This document shows, piece after piece, positions 28,001 to 38,790 of a stretch of 64,000 nucleotides of DNA. Under the pieces are notes generated by a model that did not search any database, had not been told where the DNA came from, and saw only the letters and a program-made list of their open reading frames with translations. Each line of letters begins with the position of its first letter. The stretch's first letter is position 1. The position numbers were made by a program, and so were the translations under genes. Origin of the DNA: Camelus ferus (Eukaryota); the NCBI RefSeq assembly GCF_009834535.1, contig NC_045698.1, positions 9,798,001-9,862,000 on the forward strand, given 5' to 3'.

Positions 28001-29673
28001 TTTACTGTGAGTCTGGAATGAAGTCTGATAATAAAACGATGGTAATTTTAAAATTTCTCAAGACACTCAAGTTTGCTAGGATATTAAAAAAAAAAGGTCT
28101 GGCCTGGGATCCACACTGGCTTTTCAAGGCTGTTCAAAATCTTTTCAAAGGAGCTCAGAGAGCTCCTCAGTCCATCTTTAACCTCTGCTGCAACAGTTAC
28201 GGCTCAGTCCCGGACCTGTTGTTTTGTTTTGTGGCAACCAAAACTCTGGGAGGCCAAATTATTTTTTCCAAAGAGACTATATTCATCTCAGCTGAACAGA
28301 AAGAAAACCAAGGGCAAGGATATTATTCAAACTGCCATCAAAGTCCCTTATCTCCCTGAAGCCACCACCAGAGGGAAAGCAGAGCCTGAGAGATGAGGGA
28401 TGGACGCTGCCCCGAAGATTCTGAGGGATTCCCCATCTTACCATGACTTGCTGTTGATCAAGAATCCCAGTCCTTCCTGAAGAAAGGGTGTGGCAGGGCT
28501 AAACTTCCTCAACCACCTCGACTGACCCTCCAAAAACAAACCAGCACATATCTGGAAGGCTGGGACTACTTCGATAGCCAGTCTGTGGTGGGAACTCCAG
28601 CATCCGTCCCTGCCACACTGAGGTCACCAACCATGTGAATTTATGAAGCTGGATTAAATACTCTTAGTCAACTTCCAAGTGTATAACTCTGTGATTTATG
28701 TACAATAAATTTAAAAATAAAAAGAGATGATTCAAAAAAGGAAGAGGGGAAGGAGAGAGAGAGAAAGAAACATAAGGAAGAGCTCAGAAAAGCAAGCACG
28801 GTATGACCTACAGAAAAGGTAACAACACTGGGAGGGACAGAGTCCAAAGATTTGGGCCAGTAGTTTTAACCTAAATAAATCTCTAGGTCAGTGTAGAAGG
28901 GGGGCATAAAGTAAAGTAACCTCCTCATTGCTATTGAGCCCAGGAAAAAAAATCAATAGCCACTCAGAGTTCATGCAGTATCCCCAAAGCAGTTCTATTA
29001 AAATCCTCTAGATTTTTTTCCTTAAGACTCAAATGTTCCCTAGAGAGATGCTGACTTAGAACAAGGAAGTTTATAAATTATTGGACATTTTTCAGGGAGA
29101 GAAAACAGACATGGAGTTATGCTTAGAGCATAATTAAGCCAGTAGCTTCCACAAGTGCAGAGTGAAATCTGGCTTCACAAGCTTCCTGCACAGAGCTCTC
29201 TCTGAGATAACAAATCAGAATTGGCAATGCTGTGTCACCTGAGTACAATGTTTTAAGTTGTCATTTTTATATTCCAAAAGCATAGTAATGAATCAAACGA
29301 AAGAAAAACCTAACCGTGTGCTAGAAAGCTAAAAGTCAACAGGTGACTAGAGCTACTAATAGAACAAACTTCAGAAAAATAAAGTAATATAAAACCAGAA
29401 CAATGAGGCTGAAAATGAGAATAATAGTGTCAGAGTTACATCATTCCTCTATATAAAACCAATTAATGATTTATGTGATTTATGAGATGCAGATGAAACC
29501 TACTGGGTAGATAATTGGTTAGTGGTTATCCAAGACACTTGGAAATATATAATGGAAAAAATATAGGAATTAAAGGGGAGAACTCAATCCTGTTACCACC
29601 TTTACTATATTATTTTCATCAGTGAAAGAATCACAACACGATGCAGAAAAGGGGGTGGCCATACTTCACTCAC

Positions 29674-29856
29674 CTGCTTCTCCGTGAGAATGACTCTCCC
29701 CAGTAACTGGTCTTCCAGACCTTTCATGGTGACAGTGAAGTCGATGATGGACGTTCGTGCACTTATTTCAGGGGTGTAGGCTGGATTAGGCAACTTGGTG
29801 GTGATGTAGAGTCTGAAGCCATCCATCACATCTACCTCTTTGTCACTGACTTTCAC
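29674..29856 (-). CDS. DNAH5: DNAH5 exon ~65 (183 nt), AAA5: VKVSDKEVD...[12 protein letters not shown]...GLEDQLL...EKQ
   Basis: Acceptor aaaag|, donor |gtgagt. Confidence 0.95.
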
Positions 29857-30088
29857 CTTTTTTGTGAAAAAGAAAGTTAAAAGTAATAAAATAGAGATAT
29901 CTCACCAAGTCCTTTCTGTATAGGATCCAGTATTCCTTTAAACGGCTATGTACCTGGAGATCATTTGTATACTAAAGAAGAAATGGTCATTAGGCATTCA
30001 CAGGGCTTCAAGCCACGAGGACAGAAGGAAGGGAGGAAGCTCAATATACACCATACAATCAAGATAGAACTTACCACCAAAATTGCAA

Positions 30089-30494
30089 TGATCATATTGC
30101 AGAGTGAGATGGATACCCCACCCATAACTTGGTTCAGAAGTCAAGACTGATGATGTCACACACGCATCAAGAGAGAACGAAAAGGTTTATTACTCACAGG
30201 AGCTTCTCGGGGGATATTAGGTCCTAAGCAGCTCTGAAAAATTGCTTGAGAGAGTACAGAAGGGCAGCTATTTTAGGTTTTTAACAGTGGTTAGTGGATT
30301 GGGCTGGGATGAGGATTCCCACACATGGGCGTGAACAGGGGTTGCATGGTTTGAATTTCCCACAAGTATCAAAGGAGAAAGGATCCAGGTTTTCTTATCA
30401 TCTTGCCAAGACTGGGGATGGAGGGGAGAGGGGCATGATGAGGCTTGAAAACTGCCCGTGGTCAAACATCAAAATGGAGTCAGACTTTATTACA
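30089..30494 (-). mobile_element. Solo LTR, ancient ERVL class (MER54/MER73-like; subfamily uncertain)
   Basis: The minus strand starts TGTAATAAAGTCTGACTCCATTTTGATGTTTGACC and has AATAAA at 30186-30191; about 400 bp. Confidence 0.7.
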
Positions 30495-30693
30495 CAAGTG
30501 AAGTAGACATTTCTAAAAGGACAACTGTTGAAGTCTTTAATCCCAACTCAGGAAGTGTGGAAGAGAAAAGCAAATGCCTCTTGCCACTGACTCAGATTTG
30601 AGTTGCTGCCTGTTGAGAAGCCGTCATCTGTGCCACATTTAGCTGGTCCCAGGGTAATCACTCTGCACGTTGTTCTCTACTGGCTTAACCTAC

Positions 30694-30849
30694 CATAAAG
30701 GTGGACCCGGTCTTAATGAAGTTTCTCTCCAAAACATTATCCAGGGCTGGATCTAGTTCCTCCCCAACATCTTCAATAAGCAAGGGCCTTCCAAGAGAAA
30801 GACTGTCTTCCAGGTGGTTTCTGAAGTACTTGTGATTTAGAGATGTGAC
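30694..30849 (-). CDS. DNAH5: DNAH5 exon ~64 (156 nt), AAA5: [34 protein letters not shown]...GSTFM
   Basis: Translated by hand. Acceptor tctag|, donor |gtaggt. Confidence 0.94.
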
Positions 30850-31435
30850 CTAGAAATAGGACCAAAGAGGTGCTCTTGACAGACAGGATCACAAGACAAC
30901 TGACAGAAAATGGTGCCTTAGCATTCTACACCAGGAGACAAATACTGAGATTTTCAGAGAACCTTACTTGGAACCATACTTGGTGAAATGGTACAGAAAG
31001 CGTAAACTGTTTGCATTCTCTCCCTTGGCGAACCATCACTCCCTCTAACAGGGAAGCACATAAAGGCTCTAGGTGGCAACACTGCCTTTTCCTCACCAAC
31101 ACCACGCTTGTGACAAACAATAATGGAATAATGAATGGTGAATTGTCCTTATAAAGTGCTGCTCACTTGGGGTGATACAACCCTGCTCTGGTCTGTTTAT
31201 CAAGGAGATCCTCAGGTCCTAACTGGAGTCTGAAACCTTTAAAAGATGGCATTAGGAAAGACCAACACAAATGCAAATGATGCAATTTTTTTAGAAATTG
31301 TTTCCAAACATTAATATCTAGATAGTAACATTTAAGATTCTTTCTAAATATCAAATATTTCCTTATCCTCAGATACTCATTGATCTGGGGCACTAAAATG
31401 GATTAGTAACATAAATATACTCCAACACAGATTAC

Positions 31436-31752
31436 CTGGAGTTCATTTCGGCTTTCTTTATTTTTAATCCAGATCTTGCCTTGAGTCTGTGGATCGATTA
31501 ACAAAGGATAGCGAGATGCCTTTGTGACAATAATTCCATTCTGAATGGACAGGTCATCGTTTGGCAGGCCTTGGAGGTTCCATTCGCTAATTGTAGGAGC
31601 ATCAATCAACATCTCATTGAGATTTAGATTATCTCCAAATGGAATTTCGCGGGCTTTCATTTCCTTCTGCCAGTCGTTTAACAGCAGATTGCGAAATTCT
31701 TGGTTAAATGGACCAGAATAAGATAGAAAAGCTGTAGCCAACAACACATCCC
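31436..31752 (-). CDS. DNAH5: DNAH5 exon ~63 (317 nt), AAA5: [16 protein letters not shown]...[12 protein letters not shown]...[11 protein letters not shown]
   Basis: Acceptor cttag|, donor |gtaatc; dynein AAA5 motifs. Confidence 0.96.
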
Positions 31753-32251
31753 CTAAGACAGAAAACAAAACACCACTGAAATACTTTTTACTCAGCCTTG
31801 TCATTGTGCAGAGTATTAAAAATGAAAAAAAAAAAAAGACAACTATTCTTTCAAACTAAATTTCAGAAACCAAATTGTAACCACACGTGGCTGTGTCGCA
31901 AATAAGCCGTAGTTCAGTTCACTGTTAAACAGACTGCAAACTGTCCGCCGAGTAATAGCTGCTAGCACATAAGCACTGGATTATTTTGACTCTTGCGGGA
32001 TGTGAGGGGGTGACTTCCAAGTTTAAGGGATGCAAAGCCTCAGAAGACAGAGCCTTCATTCAAAGCGACCTTAATCAACATGACCATTCACTCCTAGGAG
32101 AATTCAAAAGTGACCTGATAAGAGCTTTCAAGGTCATTAACACATCTAATAAGAGTTGCCGAGATGCCAGACCAACACTCGCCCTGCTGAAATAGCTGGA
32201 CACACACACACAGAGGAATCTGAAATAATCGAGTCTTGGTTTGATTGCTAA

Positions 32252-32750
32252 TGTTGACTGAAACAAACGCACAACCAAAAAGTTGAGAGTTATGTTTTAT
32301 TCGGCGGACGTTTCTGAGGATTCAAACCCCTTCAAGCCTGGGATGACAGCCTCCCAGGTCGCTCTGAGGGACTGTTCAGAAGAGGTAGGGGAGGAGCTAG
32401 GATATACAGGAGCTTTACCACAAAGACCAGGTAGTCAGAACATTAAAAGATTACTTGTTAACTGAAGAAAACCAGGCATCTCAAGTTACAGAATTTAGTG
32501 CCTTTCTAGTGTATGGGAGGGAGAAAACATTTGGGCTCATTGAATTCATTCCTTTGACAAGCACCTAGCTATCTAGGGCCAGTGTCCTGTCCTTTCTTAT
32601 TCTGAGTCCCCTCAGGGTGCACCATTGTGAGTGGCTGCAGGGGCCGGGCTGCAGGCTTGTCTTCACAAGGGGGTGGAGGCACCCGCTGATGACTTAATGG
32701 CTTCAGCATCCTTTGTTTACTGATATAGTTGGCAGTATTTTTCGTTCACA
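32252..32750 (-). mobile_element. ERV1 LTR (cetartiodactyl MER41-like), 499 bp, 3' LTR
   Basis: TG...CA termini (minus TGTGAACG...GTCAACA), minus-strand AATAAA at 32296-32301, and a PPT-like AAGGGGGAG immediately upstream. Confidence 0.8.
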
Positions 32751-33480
32751 ATGCTCCCCCTTGGTCCTAAATTCGACCATATTTTGGGAGAAAAATCACG
32801 ACCAATTTTATCCCAAGGTGCTGGGAAGGCTCACTCCTAGATCAGACAGAAGATTTTGCTGACGTGCCTCTCAAAAGTGTTAACAGGGATCAGGCCCTGT
32901 TGATACTCAGAAATTCTCTGGATCATCTGTCTTACTCATCTATCATGATCCAGGAAAACAGTCCCCCTTGTTGCTTCTTTCCATATCTAGAGTCGCACTA
33001 CCACAATCATTGGTCTCATACAGAAGTATATACCTGATCTACTGTTTCAAGTTGCCTCGTCATTATTTTATCAGAGACTCAGTCATGCATTTGATAATGC
33101 AAGAAACAACGATTTTGTAAAACAGGCAAAATACAAATGATGCAGTTAGCAGTGTTAGTAAGGTCATAAATAAGAATTAAAGCCAAAAACTTCCACTAGG
33201 TGCAGCTCAGTGTATCCCCAGGTCATCTGACTTAGTACCAACCCTTACCTTTAAGGAAGATGTTACACAGACATTGTTCATAAGACACACAGCCAAATCC
33301 TAGTGTTATTAGGTTGGTTATCTTTAGTATAGTTCAATTTTTTTCCAACATTAGAGAGCCTTTAAACGTAAATGTCCATACCCTGGTGTTAACCATATAA
33401 GTCCTTTCTATAATTGAGGGAGGTTATATTCTTTGGCTGAAATTTTGCTTGTTGCCTTGATTAAGCTTGAGTGATTCTTA
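32751..33480 (-). mobile_element. ERV1 internal 3' remnant (PPT and env-like segment); distal boundary approximate
   Basis: The PPT abuts the LTR, and a hydrophobic 34-aa env TM-like frame lies at 33063-33167. Confidence 0.55.
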
Positions 33481-33608
33481 TAAGAAAATTCGTATTTACA
33501 GCCAGGCTCAGAGCAGGTATTATTAATTGGCCAGATGATTAAAGCTTAAGTTTGTTCACTCCCTCTCACAGTCAACACAAGATCTCATTCATAAAGGAAT
33601 CTACATAC

Positions 33609-33744
33609 CTACAAGTCTTTTGGTTTGTGCAGCAAACTCTTTACTTTGCTCCGTCCACCTTTCTTTTTCTCCTGCCAACCCCCCAATCAGTGCAGAAGCC
33701 GCCTGCATCTTATGTCTGCACCTCTCTGCATCTTCAAGCAAGGT
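33609..33744 (-). CDS. DNAH5: DNAH5 exon ~62 (136 nt): [30 protein letters not shown]...KRLV
   Basis: Translated by hand; LxGExxRW motif. Acceptor tttag|, donor |gtatgt. Confidence 0.94.
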
Positions 33745-35714
33745 CTAAAAACAGCCAGAAGCAGAAGAAAACTTTGTTCAGATAAATATAGCGTCAGGCT
33801 AAAAAACCATAATTTTAAAACATTAGATGTTATCTGCCTTTCTAAGACATGGGAGCCATTTATTTCACAGGAAGCATCCGATTCCATTTCCGTGTGTCAG
33901 CTCAGCTTGTCTCTTACGCCCTGTCTATGGAACATGGATGGATTCCTCATGAGGGGCCCTCTGCCCTTGGGCAGACCCTCCCCAGATGTTAATAAACTGA
34001 GAAGTAATGGAAATTTGCATCATTTATGACTTCCCTACCAAGAAAAATTAGAAATAAAATACAAGCATACGTGCTGATACCATATAGCACAACAGGATGA
34101 AAAGGAATCCACATTCCGACTTTAAAATGAGGCATATTTCTCCTGTTAAAGTTCTAGCATCATTATTGCTTTGTCTAACGCCACATCTCCTTTCACTTCA
34201 GGTGAAACTTCAGATTTTCTTCAGGTTGTGAATCCTGAAGTTCATTCACAAATTCCAGCCACGCTGACTCAGCAGGTCCCTCCCTGCTGTTCCCCCGTCA
34301 ATAAAAGCCTTTAACCCGACCTCCACACACCACTGACCTTGGAGTTTTGTTCTTAAAAACAAATGGTTCTATTTCTCTATGTTTAAGAGACAGCTACTAA
34401 GTCTACTTGTAAAAATGCATACTTATGAAGTTATAATGGATATGGATAAAGTGACTCTGGGACCAGCCACTGGAAATTCATGTATAATATTTATATATAT
34501 TCATGTAATATTTTACATACATAGCATGCATATGATAAATGTCTAATAACGGAGGATTATTTACATAGGTTATGGTATATTGTGAACAAGAATACTCTGA
34601 AGCCATTAAAAATATCTTATAGAAATGTTTATAATGAAGAAAAAAATCCTTAAATTAAAAATTCAATTTATAAAGCAGTATGCACTGAATTATCTGTCAG
34701 AGTTTTACATGGACTTTTAATATATGGAAAGCAGGCAGGTGTGCAGATATGAAATGAAAAAGAGCAAAATATTTTTAGTCTTCATCTCCAGGGTTACTTA
34801 TGTGTATTTTCTATAAGGGACATGAACTGCGTTTGTAATAACAACACAAGGCAGTGTTTTTCAGAAGCAAGATACTTGTTCCGGTTTGTTCTAGTCTATC
34901 TACTCTGTTCTCTGTCCCACTAGACTTAATGCAGAAAACTCGAAAGCCCAGCTGAAAAGTGCACGTGCAAACCTACACCAGCCATGTTTGTTTGCTTGCT
35001 TCTCCCCAAGAAGGAAGAGGCCAGTTGGGAACAATGAGACCACATCGCTTATTTCTGCCTACCTTTAAAACAAATTTTTCATCTGAAAGATACTTTTAAT
35101 ATTAAGTTATTTCCCCTAAATTCTGCATCCCCACTCCCATGTGGCCAAATGAAAAAATGGCCAGCTCCTCCCCTCCTGGCTTTTGCTTTTGGGAATCTCC
35201 CTTTGGGGGACTGGGAAATGGGAGGGAAAGGAACAAAGGTCTGAAAGCACAGGAAAGACATGCAGACTTTCCCTCCGAGCCTGGCTGGAGGAGTGTGCAG
35301 AAATCCTTGGTTTCTGTGAATAGGGCTCCAGCCCTCTCTCTCCTAGCATCCCAGAGGGTGACTAGCTGTCCAGAGTCCCTAAGGAAGTGGGCCCCACCCA
35401 AAGGCACTGCCCTGTGCACAGAGCAGCAAGACACACACTCCTCTGAGAACTGCACAAGCCTGGGTGGTGAGGTGACCAGTGATGACTATGCACTATAGAC
35501 TCGAGACCCTTCCCCTGCCACCCTGTATTCCATAAGCTGCTGGACTCTCCTGGAGCCTCATGGAGGGGGAAGAAGCAACCAAAGGACGAAAGGTCAAGTT
35601 CACTCCAACACATTGGGGGCAGGAGGGTGCACAGCCAGATTTTGTTTTCTTAATGAAAAATACGTGACATTTGTTGGGCGTGGGACAGTCCCTCTGGTGC
35701 CGGAGGACAGCCAC

Positions 35715-35852
35715 CTGCTTTTCGGTCATGGCCTGCTCATACTCGGCCTGCACCACATCCAGCTCTGCTTGCTTGTCGTCCAGCTCGGCCTGGGCCTTCT
35801 GCAGATCCTGCATGGCCAGCAAGTAGCGATTCTCCTGCACCACCAGGTTGGC
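35715..35852 (-). CDS. DNAH5: DNAH5 exon ~61 (138 nt), stalk CC2: [10 protein letters not shown]...QAMTEKQ
   Basis: Acceptor tgcag|, donor |gtggct. Confidence 0.94.
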
Positions 35853-36003
35853 CTGCACGGGACACACACAAGGTGAAGGGATGGGCAACAGACCAAACAT
35901 CGGCAGGTTAGAGTCTGAGAACTCAGCAAGGTCACGTGTTATACCTTTCCTCTGCTCCACCCCTGGAGTCTTCCCCAATTGCATTAAGTCAAGACCAAAT
36001 CTT

Positions 36004-36677
36004 TTCTTTTTTAATTGAAGTATAGTCAGTTTACAATGTTGTGTCAATTTCTGGTGCACAGCATAGTGTTTCAATTATACATAATCTTTTTTATTATAGG
36101 TTACTACAAGATATTGAATATAGTTCCCTGTGCTACACAGTATAAACTAGTTGTTTATCTATTTCATATAGAGTAGTTAGTATCTGCAAATCTCTAATTC
36201 CCAATTTATCCCTCCTGACCCGCTTCCCTTCCTGGTAATCATGTTTGTTTTCTACACCTGTGAGTCTGTTTCTGTTTTGTAAATAAGTTCATTTGGTTTT
36301 TTTTTTAGAGTCCACATATAAGTCATATTATATGGTATTTTTCTTTCTCTTTCTGGCTTACTTCACTTAGAAAAACAATCTCCAGATCTATCCATGTTGC
36401 TGCAAATGGCATTATTTTATTCTTTTTTGTGGCTGAATAGTATTCCATTGTATAAATATACCACAGCTTCTTTATCCAGTCATCTGCCAATGGACATTGA
36501 GGTTGTTTCCATGTCTTGGCTATTGTAAATAATGCCACAATGAACACTGGGGTACTGTATCTTTTCAAAAAATAGTTCCCTCCAGATATATGCCCAGGAG
36601 TGGGCTTACTGGATCATATTGTAAGTCTATGCTTAGTTTTTTGAGGAATCTCTATACTATTTTCCATAAGGCTGCAG
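36004..36677 (-). mobile_element. 5'-truncated L1 (ORF2 C-terminus and 3'UTR)
   Basis: ORF 36323..36568 reads [32 protein letters not shown] (L1 ORF2 end). Poly-T at the left end; TSD CAAATCTT at 35996-36003 and 36678-36685. Confidence 0.92.
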
Positions 36678-36739
36678 CAAATCTTAATGGGAACTTGACA
36701 TAAATATATGTGAGCAGAAAATTATAATTCATTAGAATA

Positions 36740-36910
36740 GAAGTTAGCAAAATGTTTCCATCAAGTGTCAGATAGTAAATATATTAGTCTTTGGGGGCCA
36801 AGAGGCAAAATGAAGACTATTGCTTAGGCACTTATTTTAAAATTTCATGAGCCATACAAATACAGGTGGTGGCTTAGATTTGGCCTGTGGGCCAGAGTTT
36901 GCCTGTCTCT
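36740..36910 (+). mobile_element. MER58-family DNA transposon fragment
   Basis: cagatagtaaatat...gccaagaggcaaaat and a 3' end gatttggcctgtgggcc..agtttgcc. Confidence 0.6.
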
Positions 36911-37354
36911 AGATCAGAACATTATAATATTAAATGCATAAGGCAAATTGCAGAACATTGTAATATTGAGTTGTAGGGGGAAAAAAACTGAGTATTTAGA
37001 ACCATCTGCCTAGCAGGACCCATCAGTGTTGATGAGGCTGTTAAAACAAAGGATGAAACAGAATTAATCACTGAATTTAAAGATGCAGGTTTTGTGGGTA
37101 GTTGTGATCTGGATGTCACTCTTGTAATTTTCATATATTGCTTGCCTTCCAGAAAAGAATTAATACTTGAGCTGTGACCAGATAAAAACATTCATTTTAA
37201 GGAAGCTACTAAATTAGACTCAAAAGGCATAAAAGTAATATTGGAAAAAGATAGAGTGTAGAAAATAGTCCATGCTGGCAGGAATTTAAATCCTTTTGAA
37301 AAAAAATTTTGAAATCATAGTTCTCCCTTTTCAAGTCTTTAAAATGTTAAAATT

Positions 37355-38103
37355 AACCCTCCTACACTGCTGGTGGGAATGCAGTTTAGTGCAGCCACTG
37401 TGGAAAACAGTATGGAGATTCCTCAAAAGACTAGAATAGACTTACCATTTGACCCAGGAATCCCACTCCTGGGCATATACCCAGGAGGAACCCTACTTCA
37501 AAAAGACACCTGCACTCCAATGTTCATAGCAGCACTATTTACAATAGCCAAGACATGGAAACAGCCTAAATGTCCATCAACAGATGACTGGATAAAGAAG
37601 CTGTGGTATATTTATACAACGGAATACTAGTCAGCCATAAAAACCAACAACATAACGCCATTTGCAGCAAACTGGATGCTCCTGGAGAATGTCATTCTAA
37701 GTGAAGTAAGTCAGAAAGAGAAAGAAAAATACCATATGAGATTGCTCATATGTGGAATCTAAAAAAAGAACATAAATACAAAGCAGAAACAGGCTCAAGA
37801 ACATAGAATATAAACTTGTGGTTGCCAAGGGGAAGGTGGGTGGGAAGGGATATACTGAGAGTTCAAAATTTGTAGATACTGACAGGCATATGTAGAATAG
37901 ATAAACAAGATTATACTGTACAGCACAGGGAAATATATACAAGATCTTGTGGTAGCTCACAGTGAAAAAAAATGAGACAATGAATATATGTATGTTCATG
38001 TATAACTGAAAAATTGTGCTCTACACTGGAATTTGAAATAACATTGTAAAATGACTATAACTCAATAAAAGATGTTTTAAAAAAAAGAAAAAGAAAAAAC
38101 AAA
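37355..38103 (+). mobile_element. 5'-truncated young L1 (ORF2 C-terminus, 3'UTR and poly-A)
   Basis: ORF 37373..37630 is the L1 ORF2 C-terminus. TSD aaaa(t/c)gttaaaatt at 37341-37354 and 38104-38117, at a TTT/AAAA endonuclease site. Confidence 0.93.
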
Positions 38104-38589
38104 AAAACGTTAAAATTGACTTTAATAGGGAGACCCACTACTAGAGCCATATTTTTTCTGAAGTGTTTGAGACAAAAAGATTTATCTTAAAAATATTCTT
38201 TAGAGATAAATTTTTTCCTATCTGATAATCTCAGGTTCCCAAATTTTGGCAGAATAATTCTTGAAAGGAAAATCAGAGTTCCGGAACTGACTAGAACTGA
38301 TGACAGCAAAAGAGTGGCTTAAAAATGACAGATTACGAAGAATCTGTCTCCTGGAACATTTGCTCCAAGCAGCATCTGTTGCCTTGGCTCAAACAGAGAA
38401 GGAAAGCAAGGCCACTGCGTCAACTTACTAAGGTGACCCGCTGAGTCAAACTATCACAGCCCCAAAGATTTTGAATATTTTCTAGGACTTTACTCAGGAA
38501 AAAAAAATACTAATTTTAAATGAAGCTCTCAAAAGTTACCAACAGAAAAGCATAAAATCTTTAAAGTCCAACTGCTCACCTTAGGAGCT

Positions 38590-38790
38590 GGAGGAATCTT
38601 TTAAAATTACTTAAACTCTGTGAGCTTCAGTATCTCCATTAAGATATTGAAAAACTACATCCTAGGATTTGTGTGTGTGTGTGTGTGTGTATGTGTGTGT
38701 GTGTTAAATACGATAACATATGTGAAATCCCAAGTCTGGGACCTGGCATATAACAAATTTGATAAATAATATTGTCATTGTTATTAACTG
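38590..38790 (+). mobile_element. MIR SINE interrupted by (TG)n at ~38670-38704
   Basis: ttacttaaactctgtgagcttcagtatctcca...taaatacgataacatatgtgaaa...cctggcatata. Confidence 0.65.

Noticed and set aside
27600..28359. Plus-strand ORFs of 91 and 163 aa as a nested antisense gene
   Set aside because: Non-ATG starts, no recognisable domain and no supporting exon structure.
35493..36074. 193-aa minus-strand ORF as an L1-dynein fusion protein
   Set aside because: It is a chance open frame across an L1 tail, intron and exon 61. Canonical splice sites delimit the real 138-nt exon.
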